A stretch of 64,000 nt of DNA, taken from assembly GCA_022823405.1 (NCBI GenBank), contig JAJDXD010000095.1:4809-68808 (forward strand). The letters run 5' to 3'. How positions within the stretch are numbered: the stretch's first letter is position 1; every line of letters begins with the position of its first letter. The translations under genes and the position numbers were made by a program. Below, piece after piece: positions 50,711 to 62,578 of the stretch. The notes beneath the pieces were generated by a model. The model was not told the origin of the DNA and did no database searches. It saw only the letters and a list, made by a program, of their open reading frames with translations. This stretch comes from Gammaproteobacteria bacterium (lineage in GTDB: Bacteria > Pseudomonadota > Gammaproteobacteria > Arenicellales > JAJDZL01).

Positions 50711-53118
50711 ACAGTCCCCGACTCTTGCTCAATGCGAACTTCAGCGCCAATTGATGCAGATGGTCCGGCATCGCTTCCGGCTGGAAAGTAAACGCAACCA
50801 CGGGCTACGCGCAAATCGGAAAAAACCTGTGTGTGTACAGAATACAAATCGTGACGGAGAATAATCGCCGTACCATTTTCCAGGGCTAGCGCTTCCAAGT
50901 CATCCGGGTGAACGCCTACACTGACCGGACTTGCATCAGCCGTCGACTGCAAAGCTGAGGCCCTACGCACCGTCGCATCTACAGAGTAAATTTTCGGGTC
51001 AGATATCAACTCAAAGTATCCAGGGGAAACTCTTGACTCCTTTTGTATACAAGGTACTGGACGGCTGCTCGATCCATTGGGCTCACTAGCGCCTTCTGCT
51101 TCGGCAAAAGCTTCTTCAAATACATCGTCGACCTGAACGTAGTCAAAACCGGGTAAATTAAAGAAATTACCCAACACCCGAAGAATTTTCCACCCGGGCC
51201 GCGACTCCCCCATGGGTTTGACAGCTGCAACAGTGTGCTGCACACGACCTTCGCAATTGATGAATGTTCCAGCGTTTTCGGTAAATGAGGCAATTGGCAA
51301 AACAACATCAACGTAGTCGGGCACGTCATCAAACGACTGCAGACTGACTACAAAACTGGCATTTTCCATTGCCTGGCTCGTATGCATGCCATCGGATATG
51401 TCTCTCGAAGGTTCAACATTGAAAAGGAAATATGCGGCACGCGGGTTATGTATCATTTGGCGGGCATTCATTCCAGGCGTTTCGACGGGGACACCATTGA
51501 CACCGCGATGTGGCAGACAGCCTGCCATCCAACCGGCTACACTGTTCGCGGGTGGCAAAATAGCAAGAGCAACACCTGAAATCTCGGCAATGAACTGCGC
51601 TAAGTGTTCAATACAACTGAACATCGGATGCGAAATGGCCGACTGTCCCAAAACAATAACGCCATCACCCGTATTGTCACACAGCATTGCAGCGATTTTC
51701 CTACACTCTTCGTGTCCAGAAAACTCGTCTGCCCCATCGAGAAAGTCACCCGAGATATCGGCTGGAACCTTCGCGTTTTTCATTTCGCAAAGTAGCAGCA
51801 GAACTTGGGCCAATGCATAGGGAACCAGGCCTGGGGCAACAATTGTTTTGGCCTCAAGACCAAAATTCAGTGACCAATCCATCGAATTGATCGCTGCCAA
51901 TTTGGCACCATCCCGCCATGCCTTTCGAACACGTAAACCCAGCAATGGCTGTTCCTTTCGAATATTTGAACCGACTAGTAATATTCTGCTGCATTCGGAA
52001 AAGCGCTCGATCGGTAAACTTGTCCCGGGGAAAAGTCCAGCGTCGTCATCTCCTGAAAAATCAATTTGTCGCAATCGATGATCGACGTTGTCTGAACCAA
52101 GTGCCCGCATCAGTTTTTGAACCAGATATAACTCCTCAAAACTTGCAGTCGGTGATACCAGTGCACCTAATTCACTTGCATCGTGTGTATCAATTACTGA
52201 CCAAATTCCATTAGCAGCGGCGTTAAGAGCGTCTTCCCAGCTGGCAGGTGCCAGTCCAGATTCATTCCGCACCATCGGCTGCAAGAGTCGGTTTTCGGCA
52301 CCCGTGGCTTCATAACTATAACGGTCTCTATCCGATATCCAGCATTCGTTTACGGCTTCATTCATTCGGGGAAGGACTCGTTTTACCTCCCCTCGTAATG
52401 TCTGGATGCTGATATTGGCACCTACACAGTCGTGCGGACTAATGGACTCGTGATCGATCAGTTCCCAAGACCGGGCTGTGAACCGATAAGGTTTCGAAGT
52501 CAGCGCACCCACAGGACAAAGATCAATCACATTCCCGGACACTTCTGAATCTACAGTACTACCAAAAAATGTGTCAATCTTTAGGTGCTCACTTCGGCCA
52601 GTGATACCGAATTCCATAACCCCAGCGATCTCGTCTCCGAATCGAACACATCGAGTGCAGTGGATGCACCGAGTCATTTCAGTTTCGATTAAAGGTCCAA
52701 TATCGTGATCCGCTACGACACGTTTCTTCTCTTCATACCGGGACAAATGGCCACCGTATCCTACTGCCTGATCCTGCAGCGGACATTCACCTCCCTGATC
52801 ACAAATTGGACAATCCAGCGGATGATTAATCAACAAAAATTCCAGCGTATCCTTTTGGGCACCGACAGCCACTTCGGAGTTCGTTTTGACCTTCATTCCA
52901 TCCATGACCGGAGTTGCACAAGCCGGCAAAGGTTTAGGTGCACGCTCCACTTCGACTAGGCACATTCGGCAATTGGCTGCTACAGAGAGCTTTTCGTGAT
53001 AGCAGAATCTAGGAATATAAATGCCAGCTTTATCGGCGATTTCGATCAGCATTGAGCCCGGCGCAGCTTCGAACTCGCGTCCGTCAATCTCAATTTTGAA
53101 CATTTGGCTATCTGGCAT
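50707..53118 (-). CDS. nuoG: NADH-quinone oxidoreductase subunit G
   Basis: [32 protein letters not shown]. Confidence 0.97.
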   Translation of the reverse strand: MPDSQMFKIEIDGREFEAAPGSMLIEIADKAGIYIPRFCYHEKLSVAANCRMCLVEVERAPKPLPACATPVMDGMKVKTNSEVAVGAQKDTLEFLLINHPLDCPICDQGGECPLQDQAVGYGGHLSRYEEKKRVVADHDIGPLIETEMTRCIHCTRCVRFGDEIAGVMEFGITGRSEHLKIDTFFGSTVDSEVSGNVIDLCPVGALTSKPYRFTARSWELIDHESISPHDCVGANISIQTLRGEVKRVLPRMNEAVNECWISDRDRYSYEATGAENRLLQPMVRNESGLAPASWEDALNAAANGIWSVIDTHDASELGALVSPTASFEELYLVQKLMRALGSDNVDHRLRQIDFSGDDDAGLFPGTSLPIERFSECSRILLVGSNIRKEQPLLGLRVRKAWRDGAKLAAINSMDWSLNFGLEAKTIVAPGLVPYALAQVLLLLCEMKNAKVPADISGDFLDGADEFSGHEECRKIAAMLCDNTGDGVIVLGQSAISHPMFSCIEHLAQFIAEISGVALAILPPANSVAGWMAGCLPHRGVNGVPVETPGMNARQMIHNPRAAYFLFNVEPSRDISDGMHTSQAMENASFVVSLQSFDDVPDYVDVVLPIASFTENAGTFINCEGRVQHTVAAVKPMGESRPGWKILRVLGNFFNLPGFDYVQVDDVFEEAFAEAEGASEPNGSSSRPVPCIQKESRVSPGYFELISDPKIYSVDATVRRASALQSTADASPVSVGVHPDDLEALALENGTAIILRHDLYSVHTQVFSDLRVARGCVYFPAGSDAGPSASIGAEVRIEQESGTV

Positions 53119-53128
53119 GACTATTCAC

Positions 53129-54400
53129 TCAGGCAGCTTTGCTCACTGGTTTGATTTTCGCTTCGAATTCATGCCGAAAATGCTTGATGAAACTCTGCAC
53201 AGGCCAGGCAGCCGCATCACCTAGCGCACAAATTGTCCGCCCTTCAATTCGATTGGCGACATCCACCAACTGATCAATCTCGTCCATTCGAGCAGCACCA
53301 CGTCGAATCCGATTCAACATTCGGTACAACCACCCGGTTCCCTCGCGACACGGTGTACATTGACCGCAAGATTCCTCCCAGTAAAAATATGCAATCCGTT
53401 CCAGCATCTGGACCATACAAGTAGACTCATCCATCACAATGACTGAGCCAGCTCCCAGCAAAGACCCGGCATTCTGAAGTGAATCGTAGTCCATGTTGCA
53501 CTCCATGATCAATTCGGCGGGCAGAACCGGAACCGACGAACCGCCTGGTATCACTGCCTTGAGCTTGCTGCCGTTTAACATGCCGCCTGCCATCTCAAGT
53601 AATTCTCGAAATGGCATGCCTAATGGCACCTCATAATTTCCTGGACGATTGACATGCCCGGACACTGAAAATACCTTGGTACCTGCATTATTTTCCGGTC
53701 CGAGGCTGACAAACCATTCAGCACCTTCTTGAATGATTCGTGGAACGGACGCCAGGGTTTCGGTGTTATTGATGGTCGTCGGCTTGCCAAATACTCCATA
53801 CTGGGCTGGAAATGGCGGCTTAAATCTAGGTTGTCCACTCTTACCTTCGAGAGATTCCAGTAAACCTGTTTCCTCACCGCAGATATACGCGCCAGCACCC
53901 AGGTGAGAATACAACTCAAAATCCACCCCACTGCCAAGAATGTTCGAACCCAACAAATTCGCTTCGCGGGCTTCCTTCATTGCTTGTTCGATTCGAATAT
54001 AGGGCTCTACAAATTCACCTCGCATGTAGTTGTAACCGACTGTTGCGCCCATTGCGTAACCCGCGATGGTCATCCCTTCAATCAGCGCATGTGGGTTATA
54101 TCGGATAATGTCCCGATCCTTGAATGTGCCGGGTTCGCCTTCATCGGAGTTGCACACCAGATATTTTTGACCGGGTGCGTTTCGGGGCATAAAACTCCAC
54201 TTGAGACCTGTGGGAAATCCAGCGCCTCCCCGTCCTCTTAAACCGGAAGCCTTGACTTCGTTAACCACATCTTCCTGGGAAATCTTATCTTTGAGAATTC
54301 GAGTGAGCGCCTCATATCCGCCAATGCTTCTATAAGCATCAATTGTCCATGGCTTCTTTAGATCATGCGGTGGCAGGGTAACTCGTACTTCAGAACCCAT
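53129..54400 (-). CDS. nuoF: NADH-quinone oxidoreductase subunit F
   Basis: [39 protein letters not shown]. Confidence 0.98.
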   Translation of the reverse strand: MGSEVRVTLPPHDLKKPWTIDAYRSIGGYEALTRILKDKISQEDVVNEVKASGLRGRGGAGFPTGLKWSFMPRNAPGQKYLVCNSDEGEPGTFKDRDIIRYNPHALIEGMTIAGYAMGATVGYNYMRGEFVEPYIRIEQAMKEAREANLLGSNILGSGVDFELYSHLGAGAYICGEETGLLESLEGKSGQPRFKPPFPAQYGVFGKPTTINNTETLASVPRIIQEGAEWFVSLGPENNAGTKVFSVSGHVNRPGNYEVPLGMPFRELLEMAGGMLNGSKLKAVIPGGSSVPVLPAELIMECNMDYDSLQNAGSLLGAGSVIVMDESTCMVQMLERIAYFYWEESCGQCTPCREGTGWLYRMLNRIRRGAARMDEIDQLVDVANRIEGRTICALGDAAAWPVQSFIKHFRHEFEAKIKPVSKAA

Positions 54401-54870
54401 CAGTCCAACGTCTCCAGAATTTCGTCAATTCGCTGTGGCGTGAGATTTTCATAGTAATCCGTGCCAATCAGCGCGGCAGGTGCACCACCACAAGCAGCCA
54501 GACACTCTACTTCCTTGAGCGTAATCCGCCCGTCTTCAGTTGTTTCATCGAATCCTATTCCAAGTCGTTCCTGCAGATGATTGGCAACTGTTGCTGAACC
54601 TCTCAAGGCACATGAAATATTGGTACAGAGTGAAATTTTGTAACGACCAATCGGTTTCAAATCGTACATGGTGTAAAACGTCGCAACCTCAGCCACCTTG
54701 GCAGGCTCAACGCTAAGGATTCCCGCAATATAGGTCATCGTATCGACACTAATCCAGCCACATTCATTTTGCGCAATACGTAGCGCAGCGAGTAATGCGG
54801 CTCTCTCTTGACCGTCAGGATACTTGGCAACTTCGCTGTTGATTTCAACCAATGCTTCCTGCGACAGCAT
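54400..54870 (-). CDS. nuoE: NADH-quinone oxidoreductase subunit E
   Basis: CTNISC...[10 protein letters not shown]; real start MLSQEAL at 54870 overlapping the nuoD stop (TAATG). Confidence 0.96.
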   Translation of the reverse strand: MLSQEALVEINSEVAKYPDGQERAALLAALRIAQNECGWISVDTMTYIAGILSVEPAKVAEVATFYTMYDLKPIGRYKISLCTNISCALRGSATVANHLQERLGIGFDETTEDGRITLKEVECLAACGGAPAALIGTDYYENLTPQRIDEILETLD

Positions 54871-56126
54871 TATCGGTCTACCTCTCCAAATACTATGTCT
54901 TGTGTCCCAATAACCGCAACTACATCGGCAAGCATATGACCGCGGCACATCGCGTCCAAAGCTGACAGGTGAGCAAATCCAGGTGCTCGAATCTTGAGGC
55001 GATAGGGTTTGTTGGCTCCATCTGAAATGAGATAGATGCCAAACTCACCTTTCGGCGCTTCTACTGCAGCGTAAACTTCACCCTCTTTCACGCAATAGCC
55101 TTCAGTAAAGAGCTTGAAGTGATGAATCAGCGATTCCATATCGCGTTTCATTGTTTCGCGACGAGGCGCGATGAGCTTTGCGTCATCGATCATAACCGGT
55201 CCCGGATTACTACGCAACCATTCGACGCACTGACGAACAATTCGATTCGACTGTCGCATCTCTTCAACCCGGCACAGATATCGATCGTAGCAATCGCCAT
55301 TTGTACCAACTGGAATATCAAAATCCAATTTGTCATAAACTTCGTAAGGCTGTTTCTTGCGTAAGTCCCACTCGATCCCAGAACCCCGAAGCATTGCACC
55401 TGTAAAACCTCGTGCGAGTGCCGTTTCAGGGGGTACGATGGCAATATCGACAGTACGCTGTTTCCAAATTCGGTTTTCAGTCAATAGCGTTTCGTAATCA
55501 TCTACACACCCCGGGAACCTTTCTGTGAAAGCCCAGATGAAATCCAGTAACGAGCCTTGGCGAGTCGCATTGAGATCTGCCAGTTTGCCTTTGCTTCGAA
55601 ATTTCGATGGTTCATATTGCGGCATCGTGTCGGGCAGGTCTCGATATACACCGCCAGGTCTGTAATAGGTTGCGTGCATCCGTGCGCCTGACGCAGCCTC
55701 GTAGCAGTCCATCAAGTCTTCACGTTCTCGAAAACAGTACAGGAAAACCGTCATTGCGCCGATATCAAGACCATGCGCACCAAGCCACAGCAAATGATTG
55801 AGGATGCGAGTAATCTCGTCGAACATCACCCGAATGTACTGCGCTCGAATGGGTGGGCTTACACCGAGCAGTTTTTCGATTGCCATCACATATGCGTGTT
55901 CATTGCACATCATAGACACGTAATCCAATCGGTCCATATAGCCGATGCTCTGGTTGAACGGTTTGGATTCGGCAAGCTTTTCGGTCGCCCTGTGGAGCAA
56001 ACCGATGTGCGGGTCGATGCGTTCAATCACCTCTCCATCCAATTCCATGACCAAGCGCAACACACCGTGGGCGGCCGGGTGCTGCGGCCCAAAATTCATG
56101 GTGTAGTTACGGATCTCGGTGACCAA
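54870..56126 (-). CDS. nuoD: NADH-quinone oxidoreductase subunit D
   Basis: [25 protein letters not shown] end; start placed at TTG 56126 behind AGAGGA. Confidence 0.97.
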   Translation of the reverse strand: MVTEIRNYTMNFGPQHPAAHGVLRLVMELDGEVIERIDPHIGLLHRATEKLAESKPFNQSIGYMDRLDYVSMMCNEHAYVMAIEKLLGVSPPIRAQYIRVMFDEITRILNHLLWLGAHGLDIGAMTVFLYCFREREDLMDCYEAASGARMHATYYRPGGVYRDLPDTMPQYEPSKFRSKGKLADLNATRQGSLLDFIWAFTERFPGCVDDYETLLTENRIWKQRTVDIAIVPPETALARGFTGAMLRGSGIEWDLRKKQPYEVYDKLDFDIPVGTNGDCYDRYLCRVEEMRQSNRIVRQCVEWLRSNPGPVMIDDAKLIAPRRETMKRDMESLIHHFKLFTEGYCVKEGEVYAAVEAPKGEFGIYLISDGANKPYRLKIRAPGFAHLSALDAMCRGHMLADVVAVIGTQDIVFGEVDR

Positions 56127-56724
56127 AACTATCCTCTCGAATGACACGCGGAACGAGAGTCCGCGGCTCAATTGATACCGGCTCGTAAACAACACGTCCC
56201 TTCTCGACGTCATAACGCATTTCAACATAGCCGGACAAAGGAAAATCTTTTCTGAACGGATGTCCGATAAAGCCGTAGTCTGTTAGCAGTCTTCGAAGGT
56301 CTGGATGGCCTTCAAACACAATCCCAAAAAGATCAAATGCTTCGCGCTCAAACCAGTCGGCACAGGGCCAAACATCAATCACCGAAGCGACCATTGGCAT
56401 ATCGTCATTGAGAAATGCTTTAACGCGAAGGCGATGGTTGTGCTGAACCGATAACAGGTGATACACAACAGCGTAGCGAGCACCCTGCCAGGCTCTTGGC
56501 GGGTCTTGCTCTCCGTAAGTTGAATAATCGACACCACAAAGATCAATGAGCTGCTCGAAGCAAGTGTCGGTGTTATCGCGAAGTGCGGTGCATACATCAA
56601 CGATCAAACCTGCGTCCACAACAATGGTCATCTCGCCCCTGGATTGAACAGAATCCAAAACCGTATCACCCAGCAGGTTTTCGACAGCGCGGGAGAGTTC
56701 GGTCAGGGACGCCATTGGTGCCAA
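56107..56724 (-). CDS. nuoC: NADH-quinone oxidoreductase subunit C
   Basis: [32 protein letters not shown]. Confidence 0.97.
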   Translation of the reverse strand: MAPMASLTELSRAVENLLGDTVLDSVQSRGEMTIVVDAGLIVDVCTALRDNTDTCFEQLIDLCGVDYSTYGEQDPPRAWQGARYAVVYHLLSVQHNHRLRVKAFLNDDMPMVASVIDVWPCADWFEREAFDLFGIVFEGHPDLRRLLTDYGFIGHPFRKDFPLSGYVEMRYDVEKGRVVYEPVSIEPRTLVPRVIREDSFGHRDP

Positions 56725-57201
56725 TTATTTGGCTATAGTATTTGTGCGTTGAATTTTTCGCTGTAGCTGAAGAATGCCATAAACCAGCGCTTCGGCAGTT
56801 GGTGGACAGCCTGGAACATAGACATCGACAGGAACGATTCGGTCGCAACCTCGAACAACCGAGTAGGAATAATGGTAGTAGCCGCCACCATTCGCGCACG
56901 ACCCCATTGAAATCACCCAGCGAGGCTCTGGCATCTGATCATAAACTTTACGTAATGCAGGTGCCATTTTGTTGACCAGAGTTCCTGCGACAATCATCAC
57001 ATCTGACTGCCGGGGACTGGGACGAAAGATAATTCCGAACCTGTCAAGATCGTACCGCGCTGCTCCGGCATGCATCATTTCTACAGCACAGCAAGCGAGA
57101 CCGAAAGTCATTGGCCACATTGCTCCCGTACGCGCCCAGTTCACTAATTTGTCCATCGATGTTGTAACAACACCTTGTGACATAATGCCTTCAATCGACA
57201 T
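56725..57201 (-). CDS. nuoB: NADH-quinone oxidoreductase subunit B
   Basis: [19 protein letters not shown]. Confidence 0.98.
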   Translation of the reverse strand: MSIEGIMSQGVVTTSMDKLVNWARTGAMWPMTFGLACCAVEMMHAGAARYDLDRFGIIFRPSPRQSDVMIVAGTLVNKMAPALRKVYDQMPEPRWVISMGSCANGGGYYHYSYSVVRGCDRIVPVDVYVPGCPPTAEALVYGILQLQRKIQRTNTIAK

Positions 57202-57204
57202 GGT

Positions 57205-57561
57205 TTACTCCCACTCTAGTGCACCTTTCATCCATTCATAAATGAATCCGACCACTAATACAGCCAGGAAAATCATCATTGCAACGAAACCGAACATGCC
57301 AATCTCGTCGAGTGCAACCGCCCAGGGAAACAGGAATGCAATTTCCAGATCGAAAATAATGAACAGAATAGCAACAAGGTAATAACGAACATCAAACTTC
57401 ATGCGGCTGTCTTCAAATGCTTCAAAGCCGCACTCATATGGAGAAAGTTTTTCCTTGTCGGGTCGGTTTGGTCCCAGCAGTCTTCCAGCAGACAACATGG
57501 CAAGACCCATTACGATTGCCACCGCCAGAAAAATCAGGACAGGAATATAGTTACTCAGCAT
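57205..57561 (-). CDS. nuoA: NADH-quinone oxidoreductase subunit A
   Basis: PYECGF, FIIFDLE, GALEWE; start placed at ATG 57561. Confidence 0.97.
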   Translation of the reverse strand: MLSNYIPVLIFLAVAIVMGLAMLSAGRLLGPNRPDKEKLSPYECGFEAFEDSRMKFDVRYYLVAILFIIFDLEIAFLFPWAVALDEIGMFGFVAMMIFLAVLVVGFIYEWMKGALEWE

Positions 57562-57608
57562 CGTTCCGATTGAACTCATTTAATTCCGGACAATCTGTAA
57601 AAAAAGTC

Positions 57609-57694
57609 TGGTGCCGAAGGCCGGACTTGAACCGGCACGGCTTGCGCCACCGCCCCCTCAAGACGGCGTGTCTACCAAATTCCACCACTTCGGC
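57609..57694 (-). tRNA. tRNA-Leu(GAG)
   Basis: GCCGAAG acceptor, GGTAGACAC D-arm, anticodon loop TTGAGGG, long variable arm, GGTTCAAGTCC, encoded CCA. Confidence 0.97.
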
Positions 57695-57712
57695 TAACAT
57701 AAACTACTGACC

Positions 57713-58060
57713 TTACTCAGGAACCTTTGGCACCTCATCCTGTGTGGTCTCCCCGGGTACCTGCGGCGTCTGCGATTCTGTAACTGATTCGATTACAGAT
57801 TCAGTTACACTTTGCGGTGTACCAACACCGGTGTAAATATAAGCAAGGCCCAAAGCAATTCCAAAAAATATGGTTGCCAGCACTGCAGTTATTCGGGTCA
57901 AAAAATTGGCAGACCCTCGACTGCCAAATACTGAACTTGAACCGCCACCAAATACAGCCCCCATATCTGATCCTTTGCCTCTTTGCAGCAAGATCAGCAC
58001 CACAAGGGCAACTGAAACAACAAAAAACAATCCTAACAAAATTCTGACAACGAGTTCCAT
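57713..58060 (-). CDS. secG: Preprotein translocase subunit SecG
   Basis: LLQRGKGSDMGAVFGGGSS, FGSRGSANFLTR. Confidence 0.97.
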   Translation of the reverse strand: MELVVRILLGLFFVVSVALVVLILLQRGKGSDMGAVFGGGSSSVFGSRGSANFLTRITAVLATIFFGIALGLAYIYTGVGTPQSVTESVIESVTESQTPQVPGETTQDEVPKVPE

Positions 58061-58069
58061 TTTCCCAAC

Positions 58070-58837
58070 CTATCTTTGTGCCGCCTTGCAAATTTCAATA
58101 AATTGTGCTGCTTTTAGTGATGCGCCACCGACCAGGCACCCATCAACATCATTTTGATCCAGCACCTCGGCAGCGTTCTCCCCAGTTACACTTCCGCCGT
58201 AAAGGACTCTGCATCCATCCGCGGCACTTTGACTTAGTGTTGCAATACGATTGCGGATCAAATGATGAACTTCCTGAGCTTGCTCGGGTGTTGCTGAACA
58301 ACCCGTGCCAATCGCCCAAATCGGTTCATAAGCAATTGTAATTTGGTCAACTAACTGCTTTCCGCAATGCTCCAATATAGAATCAATCTGACGTTCAATG
58401 ACCAAACCTGTCTTTTCAGACTGACGTTCATTCAATGTCTCACCAACGCAGACAATCGGAGTTAACTGACATTCAATAATGGAAATTGCCTTCCGGGCAA
58501 CGTCCTCATCTGTTTCACCGTTGTACTGACGCCTTTCTGAGTGACCACAAATTACGTACTCGCAACCGACATCTTTCAGCATATTAGATGATACTTCACC
58601 TGTATAGGCGCCTGCTGAGTGTTCGCTACAGTTTTGCGCTCCAAGTGATACTAAAGAATTCGATGAAATTTGCTGTGCAACATGTTGAAGATAAACAAAT
58701 GGTGGGCAGATAACAATCGATGGCGAATTGAACTGCCGAGTACCATTTAAAACCTCTTCCAGAAGCGAATGCGCCATATCAAAGGCACCATTCATTTTCC
58801 AGTTTGCAACAATCAGCTTTTGTCGTAATTGCGTCAT
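58070..58837 (-). CDS. tpiA: Triosephosphate isomerase
   Basis: NWKMN, GHSERR, AYEPIWAIGTG, YGGSV, VGGASL. Confidence 0.98.
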   Translation of the reverse strand: MTQLRQKLIVANWKMNGAFDMAHSLLEEVLNGTRQFNSPSIVICPPFVYLQHVAQQISSNSLVSLGAQNCSEHSAGAYTGEVSSNMLKDVGCEYVICGHSERRQYNGETDEDVARKAISIIECQLTPIVCVGETLNERQSEKTGLVIERQIDSILEHCGKQLVDQITIAYEPIWAIGTGCSATPEQAQEVHHLIRNRIATLSQSAADGCRVLYGGSVTGENAAEVLDQNDVDGCLVGGASLKAAQFIEICKAAQR

Positions 58838-59329
58838 ATAACCCCAAATGACTTGTGTGTCACTTCACACCTTTGAACCTATGGCTTCAAGAAATTCCCT
58901 TTGATGATTTTTTAACTCTTTTAGTTACTGAAAACTACTTACGTACTGAAATGAATTACTTCTGAATTCAAGCACTTAATATGTGGATTTCGACAGGAAT
59001 ATTCACCCGTCGAAAGACGCATATTATATGTGCCGTGAATAGAAAAAGACGTCTCGCAATAGTTGAAGATACAAATGCCTATGTATATATTTGCTAATGG
59101 TTTCAAACCACTCGAGGTCTTTCAAAATTGCGATTTGCTAATTTGGGCTTTCTATTGCAAAATAGAATGTCCGGGATTCTTGAATTGCCTATCTCGAATT
59201 TAGGAGTTGTAAAAATGAAATGTTCACGCTCCATCCGTAGTCATCATTTCACGGACATTCAACTGCCAGGTTGGTTCAGATCACTCAACGGCTAAAGTTT
59301 TAAGCCCACAATAGGTTAGGAGGCGAACC

Positions 59330-59773
59330 ATGTATACGATATCTTCCTTAATTCGCTCGAGGGGATTGGTCTGGACAATTTCGCCAGACAATACGGTTCT
59401 TGACGCTCTGCATCTATTGGCTGAACGCAATATAGGGGTCCTACCGGTGGTTGATGCCGACGAAAATCTGGTTGGAATTTTTAGCGAAAGAGATTATGCA
59501 AGAAGGGTGATTTTGCTGGGTAGAGCCTCCAAGGACACTCAGATTTCAGAAGTCATGACTGAAAATGTGTACACAGTTGGTCCAGAAGATAAAATCGAGG
59601 ACTGCATGAAAATTGTCGTTGAACGCGGCTTTCGTCATCTGCCGGTTGTTGACGACGGTGTTTTGATTGGCGTTGTATCCGCCAATGACTTACTGGCAGA
59701 GGTCATCAGAACCAGAGAACAGCAAATCGGCAATCTCGAGAACCTGCTCACAGGTGCGGGTGAAATCACTTAA
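59330..59773 (+). CDS. Stand-alone tandem CBS-domain protein
   Basis: Two CBS repeats (GVLPVVD...GIFSERD; FRHLPVVD...GVVS); AGGAGG RBS. Confidence 0.9.
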   Translation: MYTISSLIRSRGLVWTISPDNTVLDALHLLAERNIGVLPVVDADENLVGIFSERDYARRVILLGRASKDTQISEVMTENVYTVGPEDKIEDCMKIVVERGFRHLPVVDDGVLIGVVSANDLLAEVIRTREQQIGNLENLLTGAGEIT

Positions 59774-59862
59774 CTAGCGCAGTATTTTGAAAGTCATAAT
59801 ACACGCAAGTCCAAATTTTCAGCATCATTCGAAAAATTAACACCGATAAAGAGGTTGGAAAG

Positions 59863-60390
59863 TTGAAATTTGTCCACCGCAGTTTCGTTCTATTCTGTTT
59901 GCTGTTGCTCGTTCCGCTAACTACGAACGCTGCGCTCAGGGATGATTTGCAGGAGGTATCCGGGACAGCCGCACCTTCTTTTGACAACGTTCAGTGGTTA
60001 CATCAGACTGGCGACTTTCCGGACTCTTTGAAGGGTAAGGTATTGCTGGTGAATTTTTGGGCAACTTGGTGTCCGCCCTGCGTGGAAGAGCTTCCATCCA
60101 TTCAAAATGCTCGTGATACTTTTGATCAGAGTCACTTTGAAGTAGTCTCTGTTAACGTCGGCGAAAAAGTTGCCGATATCAAAGCTTTTTTAGAAACTTT
60201 ACCTGTAAAACTCACATTCCCTATCGTTGTTGATGAAAAATTATCAGCCTATGCAGAATGGCGTGTTAGCCCGCTGCCAACCACATTTTTGGTTGATCGG
60301 GTCGGTAAAATTCGTTACCAGGCACTTGGTGGAAGGAACTTTGCTTCGGCCAATATCCGAGCAATTATTCAAGAACTGATAGACGAATAA
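59863..60390 (+). CDS. TlpA/ResA-like periplasmic thioredoxin
   Basis: Signal peptide, VNFWATWCPPCVEELP, cis-Pro LPTT. Confidence 0.9.
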   Translation: MKFVHRSFVLFCLLLLVPLTTNAALRDDLQEVSGTAAPSFDNVQWLHQTGDFPDSLKGKVLLVNFWATWCPPCVEELPSIQNARDTFDQSHFEVVSVNVGEKVADIKAFLETLPVKLTFPIVVDEKLSAYAEWRVSPLPTTFLVDRVGKIRYQALGGRNFASANIRAIIQELIDE

Positions 60391-60453
60391 GACATACGAA
60401 TTTATTGTGGGCTGTGATTCGCTAGTCCAACGCCATCAAATCTTCGGTTAATC

Positions 60454-60906
60454 GTGTTGTTAGATAGTTATCGGCCCAAGGTAATCGTCACAAAGATCGG
60501 ACTGGATGGTCACGATCGAGGAAGCCGTTTGGTAGCTACCAAACTACGAGACAGCGGAATGGAAGTAGTCTATACGCCTCCCTGGCAGTCAGTATCAACG
60601 GTCGTACGTCTGGCCGTTGAAGAAGATGCAGATGTAATCGGCATTAGCTCACTTGCAACGGACCACCTACTTATTCCGGACTTAGTCAGTGCACTGCATA
60701 ATGCGGGTCTTGATCATATAGGAATTGTCGTTGGTGGCATAATTCCAGACGATGATGAACAAGCATTAATTGAGTGTGGTGTACATCGAGTCTTTCATCC
60801 GGGTAGTTCGCTGGTCGAAATTTCGGATTTTGTACGCGATCTGGCGATTAAATCACGGACCCATTCTTTGCGAACTTTTCAGGTAGTCAGTAATGAAGAA
60901 AGCTAA
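60454..60906 (+). CDS. Cobalamin-binding small subunit of an acyl-CoA mutase
   Basis: GLDGHDRG (DxHxxG), IGISSL, VGGIIP. Confidence 0.93.
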   Translation: MLLDSYRPKVIVTKIGLDGHDRGSRLVATKLRDSGMEVVYTPPWQSVSTVVRLAVEEDADVIGISSLATDHLLIPDLVSALHNAGLDHIGIVVGGIIPDDDEQALIECGVHRVFHPGSSLVEISDFVRDLAIKSRTHSLRTFQVVSNEES

Positions 60907-62578
60907 AGTTGTAAATCTGTCAGATTCTGGTGCACCGAATTCAAGAAATCTTTGGGAACAGCAGTACAACCAGTTACTCCCGGAAGACCGAGAAATTTCA
61001 AACCGGTCTGGAATTCCAATCAAGCCGTTATATTCGCCGGAAGACTGGAGTGACGAGAACTATGCGGACAGACTCGGCTACCCTGGGCAGATTCCCATGA
61101 CTCGCGGCATTTACCCCACGATGCACCGCGGGCGGACCTGGAGTCAAAGACAGCTCATCGGATACGGCATTCCGTCAGATTACAATGAACGGTTGCGTAG
61201 GCTGCTAGACGCTGGAAACAATGCTATCAGTCTGATACCGTGCAATTCAATTTATCGCGGTTTCGATGCTGACGAAGTCGATCCTAAACTGCTCGGCACC
61301 TGTGGGGTGATTGTCAACACAATTGACGATATGGACCGATGTTTCCAAGACGTCGACATTGCTGCACTGTCAACAGCCATGAATGATCCATTACCATTTA
61401 CACTGTTGGCGCTGCTGCTAGGCGTTGCCACCAGGCGTGGTATAGACTGGAATCAGGTTTCAGGGACGTCAAACCAAAGCGACTATATTTCACATTATGT
61501 TGCGAACCACATGTTCTTCAGACTTTCTCTGGAAGGCTCCAGACGAGTCCTGGTAGATCACATTGCCTTCTGTCAAGAGCGCGTTCCAAATTGGAATCCG
61601 CTATCCGTTGTGGGTCAGCACACCCAGCAGGCAGGTGCTACTCCGGCCCAGGCAATGGCATTCACGCTAGCAACAGCAATTCAATATGCTGAAGACTGTG
61701 CAACCCGCGGTATGGACCCAGACATATTCCTAGAGCGATTCACATTCTTTTTCGATATCTCAATCAGTTTTTTCGAAGAAATCGCTAAATGCAGAGCCGG
61801 CCGGAGAATCTGGCAGCGTATCGTAAGAGAAAGGTTAGGTGCAAAAAATCCTAAAACCTGGCGGTTCAAGTTTCATGGGCAAACATCAGGAGTTGATTTA
61901 ACCCGTCAACAACCACTCAACAACATCTCACGCGTCTCGATTCAAGCACTCGCCGGTATCTTCTCAGGACTGCAGTCTCTGCACACTGATGCTTACGATG
62001 AAGTTCTGAGCGTCCCGACTGAAAAAGCCGCTCGAATTGCAGTTGCGACTCAGAATATTATTCGTGAAGAAGCAGGTTGTGCAGATGTAATTGACCCGTT
62101 AGCGGGTTCCTACTATGTTGAATCGCTGACCGATCAGATGGAAGAGAAAATCGTTGAAACCATGGAGCAGATTGATGCCGCTGGCGGTATGTTCAAAGCG
62201 GTAGAATCGGGCCTCATTCAGCGATGGATTGGTGAATCTGCAATGCAATTTCAAAGCCAGGTAGACTGTGGTGACCAAACGATCGTCGGAGTGAACAAAT
62301 ATCAGTTGGAAGAACAGGACTCAGTTGCCGAACCTCTTAAGCGGCCAACAGAGACGGTAATTCAATCTCAACTTGATAGTCTAGCGAAATTCAAAGCCAA
62401 CCGAAACCAAGCAGAATTCAATTCAGCGCTTTCACAACTTCAAAGTGCTGCGCAAAATCCACAAAAGAACATCTACGAGGCGATTGTCAATGCAGTCGTT
62501 GGCGGACTCACTCATGGTGAGGTTGTTCGATATGTTCGACAGGAGTTGGGATTCGGACAACCGCAAACGATTTTGTAA
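60893..62578 (+). CDS. Acyl-CoA mutase large subunit (methylmalonyl-CoA mutase family, non-MCM specificity residues)
   Basis: [44 protein letters not shown]; no B12 domain. Confidence 0.92.
   Translation: MKKAKVVNLSDSGAPNSRNLWEQQYNQLLPEDREISNRSGIPIKPLYSPEDWSDENYADRLGYPGQIPMTRGIYPTMHRGRTWSQRQLIGYGIPSDYNERLRRLLDAGNNAISLIPCNSIYRGFDADEVDPKLLGTCGVIVNTIDDMDRCFQDVDIAALSTAMNDPLPFTLLALLLGVATRRGIDWNQVSGTSNQSDYISHYVANHMFFRLSLEGSRRVLVDHIAFCQERVPNWNPLSVVGQHTQQAGATPAQAMAFTLATAIQYAEDCATRGMDPDIFLERFTFFFDISISFFEEIAKCRAGRRIWQRIVRERLGAKNPKTWRFKFHGQTSGVDLTRQQPLNNISRVSIQALAGIFSGLQSLHTDAYDEVLSVPTEKAARIAVATQNIIREEAGCADVIDPLAGSYYVESLTDQMEEKIVETMEQIDAAGGMFKAVESGLIQRWIGESAMQFQSQVDCGDQTIVGVNKYQLEEQDSVAEPLKRPTETVIQSQLDSLAKFKANRNQAEFNSALSQLQSAAQNPQKNIYEAIVNAVVGGLTHGEVVRYVRQELGFGQPQTIL

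Noticed and set aside
54871-54948. ORF-track N-terminal extensions of nuoE (also nuoD, nuoA, ddl)
   Set aside because: They overlap upstream genes and lack homology; better starts exist downstream.
58838-59329. 490-bp intergenic region ahead of the CBS, TlpA and B12 mutase genes, checked for a cobalamin riboswitch
   Set aside because: No B12-box or other riboswitch core seen; only short hairpins expected by chance.
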